From contig CACFLF010000002.1 of NCBI GenBank assembly GCA_902567115.1, forward strand, positions 1 through 51,020: a stretch of DNA of 51,020 bases, given 5' to 3'. The translations under genes and the position numbers were made by a program. The notes beneath the pieces are model-generated. The model had not been told where the DNA came from, made no database searches, and worked only from the letters and a program-made list of their open reading frames with translations. Positions 36,769 through 46,452 of the stretch are shown here, piece after piece (within the stretch, counting starts at the first letter, position 1; every line of letters starts with the position of its first letter). This DNA comes from an uncultured Alphaproteobacteria bacterium. GTDB taxonomy: Bacteria > Pseudomonadota > Alphaproteobacteria > Methylaequorales > Methylaequoraceae.

Positions 36769-38063
36769 TTTTTCTTTTTTTTCATTTCATACTTGAGATC
36801 TGATAATTTCTTTTTAAGGACAGGATCTTTTGTTATTTTTGTAGCTCTATCAATGTGAATTTTAGCATTTTCAATCTTTCCGGTTAACATATATTTCTCC
36901 GCAAAAGCGTATGAAGAATAATCTAATTTTTTTAATTTTCCGTAGTTTAATCCTAAATAATGCCACGCATCAATAGGAAATTCATCTTTTTTTACATATT
37001 CCAATAAAAGTTGTATTGATTTTTCTTGGTTATCCCTAATATTACTGTGATACAATGATTTGGCTAAAAATAATGCAAAACCTTTTTCATTAGGTAATAT
37101 AGATTTTGAAATGAAAAATGATTTAATTGCACTTTGGAAATTTCCACTTTCATAATACATCTGACCTTTCAGTTCATGAAAATATGGATTTTTGTTATCT
37201 TTTTTTATACATTGTTCAATGTATTTCATTGCCACTTCAATTTTTCCAACTCTATAATTATGGAGAGCATGTGCATATGAACTCTCTAAATTTTTTGATT
37301 CTGGGTACAGGTAATCCAACTGTTCTTTTTTTAGAAAAAAACCATTTAGTTTTGCTTTAGCTAATTTAAATCTATAATTAAGTTTCTTGTATTTTTTAAT
37401 ATTTTGATTTTCAAGGTTAATTTTTATATTTCTTATTCTTTCTGTTGAAAGTGGATGAGTAAGAAAATAAGGGTTTATTTTTCTTAATTTTTCATTTCTC
37501 TGAATTTCACTAAAAATATTAATCAACCCTTGAAGTGAGAAACCATTTCTTTTAAGCAGTCTTATTGCAGTTTGATCTGCGAGAGATTCTTGAGAACGAG
37601 AGAAGGATAACATTCTCGATGTTCCAAGATGTTGTCCACCCATTAAAATTGCTGTTCCAGCATTATAAGCACCACCAGCTATGGCTCCAACTGCGAGAAT
37701 AGAAGATAAAACATTTATAACGGAATTTTTTTCCATTTTTTTTTGTCTTTTTTGAAAATGTCCTCCTATAACATGTCCAATTTCATGAGAAATTACTCCT
37801 GCCACATCTTCAACGTTTTTACTTTTTAATAACAATTCAGTCGTAAAAAAAAACTTTTTATCAGGTGTCACTAAAGCGTTGATATATTTTTGGTTATCTA
37901 GATAAAAAGTCAAAACATCATTCTCTAGTTGAGTTCCTCTTACAAGTATTTTGCTTATATCTTTTAGGAGATTTTCAATTTCAGCGTCTCTAATAACATT
38001 AATAGAGTTTGCTTTAATAGAACTATAAAAAAAAATTATTAAAAAAGTTATTAGTATTCTCAT
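36765..38063 (-). CDS. M48-family Zn metalloprotease with C-terminal TPR repeats (BepA-like)
   Basis: It has a signal peptide, the HEIGHVIGGH (HExxH) motif, a downstream E...DQ region and TPR-like repeats in the C-terminal half. Confidence 0.8.
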   Translation of the reverse strand: MRILITFLIIFFYSSIKANSINVIRDAEIENLLKDISKILVRGTQLENDVLTFYLDNQKYINALVTPDKKFFFTTELLLKSKNVEDVAGVISHEIGHVIGGHFQKRQKKMEKNSVINVLSSILAVGAIAGGAYNAGTAILMGGQHLGTSRMLSFSRSQESLADQTAIRLLKRNGFSLQGLINIFSEIQRNEKLRKINPYFLTHPLSTERIRNIKINLENQNIKKYKKLNYRFKLAKAKLNGFFLKKEQLDYLYPESKNLESSYAHALHNYRVGKIEVAMKYIEQCIKKDNKNPYFHELKGQMYYESGNFQSAIKSFFISKSILPNEKGFALFLAKSLYHSNIRDNQEKSIQLLLEYVKKDEFPIDAWHYLGLNYGKLKKLDYSSYAFAEKYMLTGKIENAKIHIDRATKITKDPVLKKKLSDLKYEMKKKKK

Positions 38064-38096
38064 ATAAATTAGTTTAATTTAACTTAGTATTTTCCA

Positions 38097-39257
38097 ATGA
38101 CAAACAGAATATATCTTCCAGCTAATAGATCTAATATTGATTCATTTTATGTAATGGAATTATTATACAATGCGAATAAACTTCAAGCGAATGGAAAAAA
38201 AATCTTTCATCTTGAGTTAGGTGAACCAATTCCAAAAACTCCAAAAGCGGTTTTGAACGAAGCTTCTAGATTGTCTCGACTTTCTCTTCCAGGTTATACA
38301 CCATCAAATGGTATAGAAGAACTGAGAGATAGAATTTCAGAATTTTACAAATCTAGATACAATTTAAAAATAAACCCTGATCAAATTTTTGTTACAACAG
38401 GTTCTTCTGGAGCATTTTTACTAACATTCTTATCATGTTTCGATAAAGGTTCTAAGGTAGCAATATTTAATCCAGTATATCCTGCTTACAGAAATATACT
38501 GAAGTCGTTAAACATTGATGTGATAGAAATTTTTCCAGATAAAAACAAAATTGATAAAATCGATCCCTTTTCAATTTCTAAGAAAAAGATTGACGGACTC
38601 ATTATATCAAACCCTAATAATCCCAACGGTCAGACTTTTACTAATAGTGAATTAAAGTTTATTTACGAATATTGTAAAAAAAATAAAGTGATATTGATAT
38701 CAGATGAAATCTATCACGGAATAGAATATGGAAAACGGATAAAGTCGATGCTTAATTACGGTAATAAAGCAATAGTAATTAATAGCTTTTCAAAATTTTT
38801 TTGTATGCCTGGATGGAGACTTGGTTGGGCAATAATTCCAAAAGAGTTGAAAGGAAATTTTTTAAAATTATCGCAAAATCTTTTTATTTCATCAGGAAAT
38901 ATTGCGCAATATTCAGCTTTGAAAGTTTTTGATTCGCTTAATGAATTAAATGAAATTGTCAAAGTTTATCATTCTACAAGAAATAAAATTTTAAAAATTT
39001 TAAAAAATATACCTTTAATAAAATTTAGTGAACCGCAGGGTTCATTCTATATTTATATCGACATACAAAATACAAAACTAGACTCATTCAAATTTGTAAA
39101 TAAGCTTATGCTCGAGACTGGGGTGGTTTTAACACCAGGTATAGATTTTGATAAAAAATTTGGTTCTAAAACCGTTAGATTATCCTTTTCATCAAAACAA
39201 GATTTGGTTGTAGAAGCTGTCGAGAGAATTCACAGTTGGTTCAGAAAAAACTATTGA
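38097..39257 (+). CDS. Class I/II PLP-dependent aminotransferase (aspartate/aromatic type)
   Basis: LELGEP..., NPNNPNG, and the PLP-lysine motif NSFSKFFCMPGWRLGW. Confidence 0.85.
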   Translation: MTNRIYLPANRSNIDSFYVMELLYNANKLQANGKKIFHLELGEPIPKTPKAVLNEASRLSRLSLPGYTPSNGIEELRDRISEFYKSRYNLKINPDQIFVTTGSSGAFLLTFLSCFDKGSKVAIFNPVYPAYRNILKSLNIDVIEIFPDKNKIDKIDPFSISKKKIDGLIISNPNNPNGQTFTNSELKFIYEYCKKNKVILISDEIYHGIEYGKRIKSMLNYGNKAIVINSFSKFFCMPGWRLGWAIIPKELKGNFLKLSQNLFISSGNIAQYSALKVFDSLNELNEIVKVYHSTRNKILKILKNIPLIKFSEPQGSFYIYIDIQNTKLDSFKFVNKLMLETGVVLTPGIDFDKKFGSKTVRLSFSSKQDLVVEAVERIHSWFRKNY

Positions 39258-41284
39258 CTCCACCAACCTTGTCTTTTTTCTATTTTCTTATCATTATTTT
39301 CTGGCAAAACCTTGATTTTTTTTAAATTATCAGTTTGAGACCTACTTTTACTATTAGTTGATTCAGTTTTTGTAATATTTTTTTTCTTCTCAAAGTCATT
39401 TGCTTTTGCTCTGTAGCTTACTCTTTTCTTTTTTATATCTAAATTATTGTCTTTTTCCTGAAAATCTTTTTTCTCGTTGTCATCAACTGAGTTTATCAAA
39501 TAATCAGAGAAATTTTCAATATTATTGCTTTCATGACAATTTTTATATAAAACTTCTGTTGCAGAACAAATCAAAAATTCATTATTTTTCAAATTAGGAT
39601 AGTGACTGACTATAACTTTTTTTGAGAGTAAAGAATGATTCTTGTCTTTGCCTTTTTTTAAAATTAGGTCATACAATTCTTTGCCTGCAAGAAGAAAAAT
39701 ATTTTTGTAAACGGCATTTAAAGAATACTCATTACAAACTTTTATAAGTTGCTCATACAGAAAATCTATAGACGTTATGCTACCATAACCATTACAAGTA
39801 TGGCATCTTTTGGACAAGACTGTGTCGGTAGTCACTTTTAACCTTTGTCTAGAAAGTTCTAATAATCCAAAGTTACTTATCCTTCCTACTTGAATTCTTG
39901 CTCGATCTTCTCTGAGACATTCTTTAAGCCTTCTTTCAACTTTGATATTATGACCTCTATCAAGCATATCTATAAAATCTATAACAATTAATCCTGCTAA
40001 ATCGCGAATTCGCAATTGTTTGCTAATTTCCTCAGAAGCTTCTAAATTCGTCTTAAAAGCGGTATCTTCAATGTTTCGTTGTTTTGTATATTTGCCTGAA
40101 TTAATATCAATTGCAACAAGGGCCTCGGTTTGATTTATAACAAGATATCCTCCAGATTTCAAATTAACAGTTGGATTGTTTATACCTATAATTTTCTTTT
40201 CAAGTCCAAAGGAAGAAAAAAGCGGTTTTTTATCAGTATAGTTTTTTACCGACTTTAAAGAACTTGGCATAAATTGTTTAACAATTTCTCTAGATTTTTT
40301 CAGTGTTTCCTTATCATTAATTAGGATCTGATCAAAGGAGGAATCAAAATAATCTCTTATACATCTTTTTATAATGTTATCTTCTTCGTGAATAAGACAT
40401 GGAGCATTAGATTTGATTGTTTTGGAAGTGATTTCATTCCAAAGTTTTATCAAAGAATTATAATCTCTTTTAATTTCTTTTATCCCCATAATTTGTCCAG
40501 CTGTTCTGATTATAACGCCCATACCTTTTTTAATATTTAATTTACTTAAAAGATCTTTTAATTTTTTTCTTAATTTTGTGTCTTCAATTTTTCTAGATAT
40601 ACCACCGCCTTTGTTTGTATTGGGCATTAAAACACAGTATTTTCCAGCCAATGATAATCTTGTTGTAACTGCTGCACCTTTATTACCTCTCTCTTCTTTT
40701 ACTACTTGAATTAATATTACTTGATTACTTTTGATTACCTCTTGAATGCTGTACTTCCTGTGAAAAATAATTTGCGACCTCTTTGGGGAATTATTTTTAA
40801 ATTTTTTTCTTTTTCTGATTCTTTGCACAGGGAGTTCTTCTATTGGTTTATAATTAAAAAAATCAAATACTTTCGTCAGAAAACCTTTTTGTTGATTGCT
40901 TTCATTTGAGTTGGTATCTTGATTTATGATCTTCTCATTGTTGATCTGTTGATCCTCAAAGTCGTCATCTTCTTCATCAAGAGGAACAATATTGGAAGCT
41001 TCTAATTCTTGTTGAAGTAATTTTTTTTTATCAGAAGTAGGGATCTTGAAATAATCGGGGTGTATTTCATTATATGCAAGAAATCCGTGTTTATTTCCTC
41101 CATAATCAACAAATGCAGCTTGTAGTGATGGTTCGACCCGAACAATTTTTGCAAGATAAATATTTCCCTTGATTCTTTCATTTTTAATTTTTTCAGACTC
41201 GTAATCTATTAAGTTATTCTTTTCAATTATTGCAACTCTTATAATTTCTTTTTGAGATGCATCAATTAACATTTTCTTCTTCAT
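39251..41284 (-). CDS. rne: Ribonuclease E/G family endoribonuclease
   Basis: An S1 domain (GNIYLAKIVRVEPSLQAAFVDYGGNKHGFL), a DNase-I-like and Zn-link core (TEALVAIDINSG, CxxCxG), an acidic insert and a basic C-terminal tail. Confidence 0.85.
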   Translation of the reverse strand: MKKKMLIDASQKEIIRVAIIEKNNLIDYESEKIKNERIKGNIYLAKIVRVEPSLQAAFVDYGGNKHGFLAYNEIHPDYFKIPTSDKKKLLQQELEASNIVPLDEEDDDFEDQQINNEKIINQDTNSNESNQQKGFLTKVFDFFNYKPIEELPVQRIRKRKKFKNNSPKRSQIIFHRKYSIQEVIKSNQVILIQVVKEERGNKGAAVTTRLSLAGKYCVLMPNTNKGGGISRKIEDTKLRKKLKDLLSKLNIKKGMGVIIRTAGQIMGIKEIKRDYNSLIKLWNEITSKTIKSNAPCLIHEEDNIIKRCIRDYFDSSFDQILINDKETLKKSREIVKQFMPSSLKSVKNYTDKKPLFSSFGLEKKIIGINNPTVNLKSGGYLVINQTEALVAIDINSGKYTKQRNIEDTAFKTNLEASEEISKQLRIRDLAGLIVIDFIDMLDRGHNIKVERRLKECLREDRARIQVGRISNFGLLELSRQRLKVTTDTVLSKRCHTCNGYGSITSIDFLYEQLIKVCNEYSLNAVYKNIFLLAGKELYDLILKKGKDKNHSLLSKKVIVSHYPNLKNNEFLICSATEVLYKNCHESNNIENFSDYLINSVDDNEKKDFQEKDNNLDIKKKRVSYRAKANDFEKKKNITKTESTNSKSRSQTDNLKKIKVLPENNDKKIEKRQGWWSQ

Positions 41285-41421
41285 TTTTTATCCTTATAAA
41301 ATCTTTAATCTAATCTGTATTATTATGACATTATGACACATAAATTTAAAAAAATCATGGAAGATATTGATTTTTTTTAAAAAAAAAACACTATATCTAG
41401 TATAACTTTTTTTTTTTTAAA

Positions 41422-42483
41422 TTGATTCATTTTTTTAAATTCATTTTCTTGTTTATTATTTATGTTAATCAAGCATATTCTATTGAATTAGTAAATTTAA
41501 GATTTGGTTCTAATGGGGAAATAAAAAGAATAGTACTCGATCTTACTCAAGATACTTCTTTTAATTCAAAGGTTTTCGATAAGAGGATTGAGATTTTTTT
41601 TAAAGATGAAATAGAAGTGAATAAAAGATTTACAACAAAAAATGATTTAAGTGAAGTTGCTTATAACAAGAAATTAAAGAAATTATCGTTAAATTTTAAT
41701 AAAAATATTTTTTCTACAAATATTTACTTACTAAAAAAAAAAAAAGAATTTCACTCAAGAATCGTCATTGATTATTCCTCTAAGAAAAAAAAAAGAAAAA
41801 CAATTATTATTGACCCTGGGCATGGAGGTCGGGATTCTGGTGCAGTTGGTATTTTTAAAAATCTTGAGAAAAATATAACCTTAAAAGTAGGTTTACTTCT
41901 AAAAAAAAGTTTTGAACAAAAAACTAATTACAAGGTAATTCTGACTCGAGATAAAGATGTTTTTTTAAAACTTAGAAGTAGAACAAGAATAGCAAAAAAA
42001 AATAATGCTGATATTTTTATTTCTTTACATGCTGATTTTAATAGAAACTCAAGAGCTAGGGGTATTTCACTTTATACTCTTTCTGAGAGAGCATCTGATA
42101 AAGAGGCAGCGGCTTTAGCAAGAAGGGAAAATAAATCAGACTTAATTGATGGTGTAGATTTGTCGGAAGAAACCTCTGAAGTTACATCAATACTTTTAGA
42201 TCTAACAAAAAGAGATACATTGAATCAGTCGAGTTTACTTGTTAAATTTTTGATTAAATCCTTCAAAAATGACTTTAGTCTTCTCCAAAGAACTCATCGT
42301 TCAGCTGGTTTTGCGGTTTTAAAATCCTTAGATATACCCTCTGTACTCCTAGAAATGGGTTACTTATCCAATAAAAATGATTCTAAATTATTAATATCTG
42401 AGGATTATCAAAGAAAATTATCTGATAAAATTGTAAAAGCTGTTATAAATTATTTTAATTGGAAAGAAAAAAATGATATTTAG
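41422..42483 (+). CDS. N-acetylmuramoyl-L-alanine amidase (AmiC-like, with N-terminal AMIN-type domain)
   Basis: It has a signal peptide and Amidase_3 motifs IIIDPGHGGRDSGA, ISLHAD and LLEMGYLSN. The start is a TTG; no in-frame ATG lies nearby. Confidence 0.85.
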   Translation: MIHFFKFIFLFIIYVNQAYSIELVNLRFGSNGEIKRIVLDLTQDTSFNSKVFDKRIEIFFKDEIEVNKRFTTKNDLSEVAYNKKLKKLSLNFNKNIFSTNIYLLKKKKEFHSRIVIDYSSKKKKRKTIIIDPGHGGRDSGAVGIFKNLEKNITLKVGLLLKKSFEQKTNYKVILTRDKDVFLKLRSRTRIAKKNNADIFISLHADFNRNSRARGISLYTLSERASDKEAAALARRENKSDLIDGVDLSEETSEVTSILLDLTKRDTLNQSSLLVKFLIKSFKNDFSLLQRTHRSAGFAVLKSLDIPSVLLEMGYLSNKNDSKLLISEDYQRKLSDKIVKAVINYFNWKEKNDI

Positions 42484-42492
42484 GGTTTTGAT

Positions 42493-44850
42493 ATGAGAAG
42501 ATATTTAAAAAATTTTTTTATGCTATTTTCAATTGGTATAATATCGTCCTTCTTGTTTTTAATCTTTATCGCTTATTTGTTTGGAAAAGATCTTCCAAAT
42601 TTTGATAAACTCTCTTACTATCAACCAAGGTTAGTATCTAAAATTTTCACATCTAATGGCAATTTTCTGGAGGACTATTCGAATGAAAATCGTATCTTTG
42701 CGAAATATGAAGAAATTCCAACTGAATTAATCAACTGCTTTTTGGTTTCAGAGGACGTAAACTTTTACAATCATATTGGCATTGACGTAAAATCAATCTT
42801 TAGAGCTTTTTTAAAAAACGTTATGAAAACATTTAGCAATAAAAGACCAGAGGGTGCTTCAACGATTACACAACAAGTCGCAAAAAACTTTTTGTTAACA
42901 AATGAGATTTCTTACAGCAGAAAAATAAAAGAGATCATTCTAGCATTAAGAATGGAAAAGATACTTGAAAAAGAGAATATTATGGAACTTTATTTGAATG
43001 AAATATATTTGGGTGGTGGGTCATATGGAATTAGATCAGCTTCACTCAATTATTTTAATAAGGCTTTATCTGATCTTGAGTTAGACGAAATGGCAATGTT
43101 AGCAGCTCTTCCAAAGGCACCTTCAACATATAATCCATATAAAAACCCTATAAAAGCGTTGAAAAGAAGAAATTGGGTTCTTAAGAGACTGCTAGATGAA
43201 AATTTTATTAAAGTGGCTGAGTATGATCAAATGATTAGCAAACCTATAAAGCTTTCCAAAAGCAAAAAAATACTGAATAACAAGGCCTCATTCTTTAAAG
43301 AAGAGGTAAGAAGAGAAATTATTTCCATGTTTAATGAAAGTAAACTTTATGATGGTGGAATGACAATTATGACAAGTTTAGACGAAAGCATCCAACTTCA
43401 AGCTGAAGAATCCTTTAGAAAAGGCATAAATGAATTTTCAAATAGAAAAGGATGGCTTGGACCAATAGAAAATTTCAAAGAAAAAAAGAATTTTGAAAGA
43501 TTTATTGCTGAATTTAAGAAGCCGGAAGGTTTGTTTGACAAACAAGTGGGGGTTGTTACAAGAGTTAATAAAGAATTCATCAAAATTCTATTAAGTGATA
43601 AAAAAAAAGTAAGTCTCAGTTTTGAAAATATGAAACTTATCAAAGATAAAAAATTTGAAATGCAGGACAAATTTAAAATAGGTGATGTTATCGTTTTAGA
43701 ATTCGATAAAACAGCTAAAACTTATAAATTAAGTCAAATCCCTAAAGTAAATGGAGGACTTGTCGTGTTAGAAAATAATACTGGGAGAATCTTAGCTATG
43801 GTAGGTGGTTACGATTCAAGCTCTTCTTTTAATAGATCAACACAGGCAAAAAGACAACTTGGTTCCTCTTTCAAACCTATAGTTTATCTTGCAGCACTTG
43901 AAAATGGATATTCTCCAGTTACAAAAGTGCTTGATGCTCCTTTTGTAATCGATGATTATTCTAAAGATGGTATTTGGCGACCGACAAATTACGGTGATAA
44001 ATTTTATGGATTAAGTACATTAAGACTTGGCATTGAAAAGTCTAGAAATTTAATGACAGTCAGACTCTCAGACAGAATCGGTCTTGATAAAATTGCAAAG
44101 ATCTCAACAGACCTTGGAATTTATGAAAAATTCCCATATTTGATATCCAGTTCATTGGGCTCTCTTGAAAGTTCATTAATTAAAATTACATCAGCTTATG
44201 CAACTTTAGCGAATGAAGGCATAAGAGTAGATCCTGTTATAATAGATGCGATATATGATAATAATGGAAAATTTTTATTTAAAGGCGATAAGAGAAAGTG
44301 TTTAAATTGTAATATTTCAATTAAATCAGATTTAGAGTCCTCAACACTAAACAATTTTGAAGTACCCAAAATCAAAAATAATAAAAAAAATGTTTTTTCA
44401 AGTGAATCAGCATATCAAATGACATCTTTTTTAATGGGAGTTATTCAGAGAGGAACTGCAAAAAATATTAACGACTTCGACTTTCAAGTCGCAGGTAAAA
44501 CAGGAACAACAAATGATAATCAGGATGCTTGGTTTGTTGGGTACAATTCAGAAATTACTATAGGTGTATTTGTTGGTTATGACGTTCCCAAGTCTCTTGG
44601 AAGATTTGAAACTGGTTCAAAAGTTGCAGCTCCAATCTTTCATGATTTAATGAAAAAAATTTATAATAATAAAAAGCCTAAACCATTTGTTATTCCAGAA
44701 AATATAAAGTTTATCAATGTCGATTTAGTTTCGGGGAAACCAAGTACTGAGAATTCTATTACAGAAGCATTTAAAAATAACTTTGATTTTGATTTTGACC
44801 AAAAGAATGATAACAAGAATAATAATTTTGATTTGAGAGGTTTTTATTGA
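42493..44850 (+). CDS. mrcA: Penicillin-binding protein 1A (bifunctional transglycosylase/transpeptidase)
   Basis: GT51 motifs SEDVNFYNHIGID, GASTITQQ and RKIKE. Transpeptidase motifs SSFKP (SxxK) and KTGTTND. Confidence 0.9.
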   Translation: MRRYLKNFFMLFSIGIISSFLFLIFIAYLFGKDLPNFDKLSYYQPRLVSKIFTSNGNFLEDYSNENRIFAKYEEIPTELINCFLVSEDVNFYNHIGIDVKSIFRAFLKNVMKTFSNKRPEGASTITQQVAKNFLLTNEISYSRKIKEIILALRMEKILEKENIMELYLNEIYLGGGSYGIRSASLNYFNKALSDLELDEMAMLAALPKAPSTYNPYKNPIKALKRRNWVLKRLLDENFIKVAEYDQMISKPIKLSKSKKILNNKASFFKEEVRREIISMFNESKLYDGGMTIMTSLDESIQLQAEESFRKGINEFSNRKGWLGPIENFKEKKNFERFIAEFKKPEGLFDKQVGVVTRVNKEFIKILLSDKKKVSLSFENMKLIKDKKFEMQDKFKIGDVIVLEFDKTAKTYKLSQIPKVNGGLVVLENNTGRILAMVGGYDSSSSFNRSTQAKRQLGSSFKPIVYLAALENGYSPVTKVLDAPFVIDDYSKDGIWRPTNYGDKFYGLSTLRLGIEKSRNLMTVRLSDRIGLDKIAKISTDLGIYEKFPYLISSSLGSLESSLIKITSAYATLANEGIRVDPVIIDAIYDNNGKFLFKGDKRKCLNCNISIKSDLESSTLNNFEVPKIKNNKKNVFSSESAYQMTSFLMGVIQRGTAKNINDFDFQVAGKTGTTNDNQDAWFVGYNSEITIGVFVGYDVPKSLGRFETGSKVAAPIFHDLMKKIYNNKKPKPFVIPENIKFINVDLVSGKPSTENSITEAFKNNFDFDFDQKNDNKNNNFDLRGFY

Positions 44851-45945
44851 TGAGTAACGAAAGTACAGATATAATTGTAAAGTTGCAAGGTTTGATAGAG
44901 AACCTGAGGGGGTTCGTTTGAAAAAAAAGGTTTAAATGATGAGCTCAGATTAATTGACTCAAGGCTTCAAGATCAAAAAAATTGGAAAAATCACGATCTT
45001 CTAAATAAAGATATGAAAAGAAAAAATTTTTTAATAAATTTTTTAAGCTCAATTGAAAATAATGAAGAAAGTTTCAAAGATACAAGAGAGTTATTAATTA
45101 TTTCGGATAACAGCAACGATAAAGAACTTCTAAATGATTTAAAAAGTGAATTTATTTCAATTGAAAAAAATTTAACAAAACTTTATCTGGAAACTCTTTT
45201 GACTGGAAAGGCCGATTCTAATAATTCTTTAGTGGAAATTCATTCTGGAGCAGGTGGAGTTGAGTCTCAGGATTGGGTAGCAATTTTGTTTAGAATGTAT
45301 AAAAGATGGTGTGATTCAAAAGGTTTTAATACAGAGTTGGTGGATCAGAATATTGGTGACGAAGCCGGATACAAATCTTTAACATTTAAAGTAAAAGGAG
45401 AAAATTCATATGGATGGCTAAAGTATGAAAACGGCGTTCACCGGCTTGTAAGGATTTCCCCATTCGACTCTCAGTCGAGAAGACACACTAGTTTTGCTTC
45501 CGTTTATTGTTATCCTGAAATAGATAGTAGCGTTGAAATTATAATATCTGACAAAGATATTAAAATAGATACATTTCGAGCATCGGGAGCTGGCGGTCAA
45601 CATGTGAACAAAACAGACAGTGCAATTAGAATTACACATCTACCCACAAAAATTTCCGTTCAATGTCAAAGTAGTAGGTCTCAGCATAGAAATAAGTCAT
45701 TAGCAATAGAAATGCTTAAATCCAAATTATATGAAAAACAAATAATTAAAGAGGAAGAAGAAAATAAAAAAAATAGAGATGAAAGAGGTGAGATTGGTTG
45801 GGGTAATCAAATAAGGTCATATATTCTTCAACCCTACACAATGGTGAAAGACCATCGTACAAATAAGCAAACCTCTGACACGAGTGGTGTACTTGATGGA
45901 AAGATCGATTTTTTCTTAGAAAATCAGTTAATAAAATTTAATTAG
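44850..45945 (+). CDS. prfB: Peptide chain release factor 2, requiring a +1 programmed ribosomal frameshift: join(44850..44918,44920..45945)
   Basis: Frame 0 reads MSNESTDIIVKLQGLIENLRGFV then UGA (44919-44921). The +1 frame continues EKKGLNDELRLIDSRLQ... into the track ORF at 45013, giving 364 aa in total. SPF (RISPFDS) and GGQ (SGAGGQHVN) motifs are present. The +1 frame is closed upstream by the TGA at 44905-44907. Confidence 0.85.
44907..44922 (+). promoter_or_regulatory. RF2 autoregulatory recoding signal (internal SD-like AGGGGG, 3-nt spacer, slippery codon plus UGA)
   Basis: AGGGGG TTC GTT TGA A has the same geometry as the classical AGGGGG NNN CTT TGA C cassette, but with GTT in place of CTT and A in place of C after the stop. 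Confidence 0.7.
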
Positions 45946-46394
45946 TCAATGGAGTTTAAGACTTCTTCTGCATGCCCGTTGACTTTCACTTTTCTCCAAG
46001 ATTGAATTAAGTGAAGATTTTCATCAAACAAAAATGTAGATCTTTCAATACCCATATATTTTTTTCCATACATTGACTTTTCAACCCAAACTTTAAAGCT
46101 TTCGCATATTTTAAGATCTTCATCTGAAGCCAACTTAAGACTTAGGTTATATTTTGAAATAAATTTTTGATGTTTCTCAATTGAGTCTTTAGACACACCT
46201 ATTATATTAACTTTTTTTTTATCGAAATCGTTTTTGAGATTTGAAAATTCTAATGCTTCTTTTGTACACCCCGGGGTATCGTCTTTCGGATAAAAATAGA
46301 TAACTAGTTTTTTACCAGCAAGGTCGGATGAAGAAATTACGGTATCTTTATCAATGATAAAGTTTAAATTTGCTAGTTTTTGTCCAATTTTCAT
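45942..46394 (-). CDS. bcp: Thioredoxin-dependent thiol peroxidase (peroxiredoxin Bcp)
   Basis: YFYPKDDTPGCTKE peroxidatic-Cys motif. 150 aa. Confidence 0.9.
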   Translation of the reverse strand: MKIGQKLANLNFIIDKDTVISSSDLAGKKLVIYFYPKDDTPGCTKEALEFSNLKNDFDKKKVNIIGVSKDSIEKHQKFISKYNLSLKLASDEDLKICESFKVWVEKSMYGKKYMGIERSTFLFDENLHLIQSWRKVKVNGHAEEVLNSID

Positions 46395-46452
46395 AATTAA
46401 TTACAATTTATTAACAGTTTTTTATCATGTAAGTTATATTAGTAAAGATATT

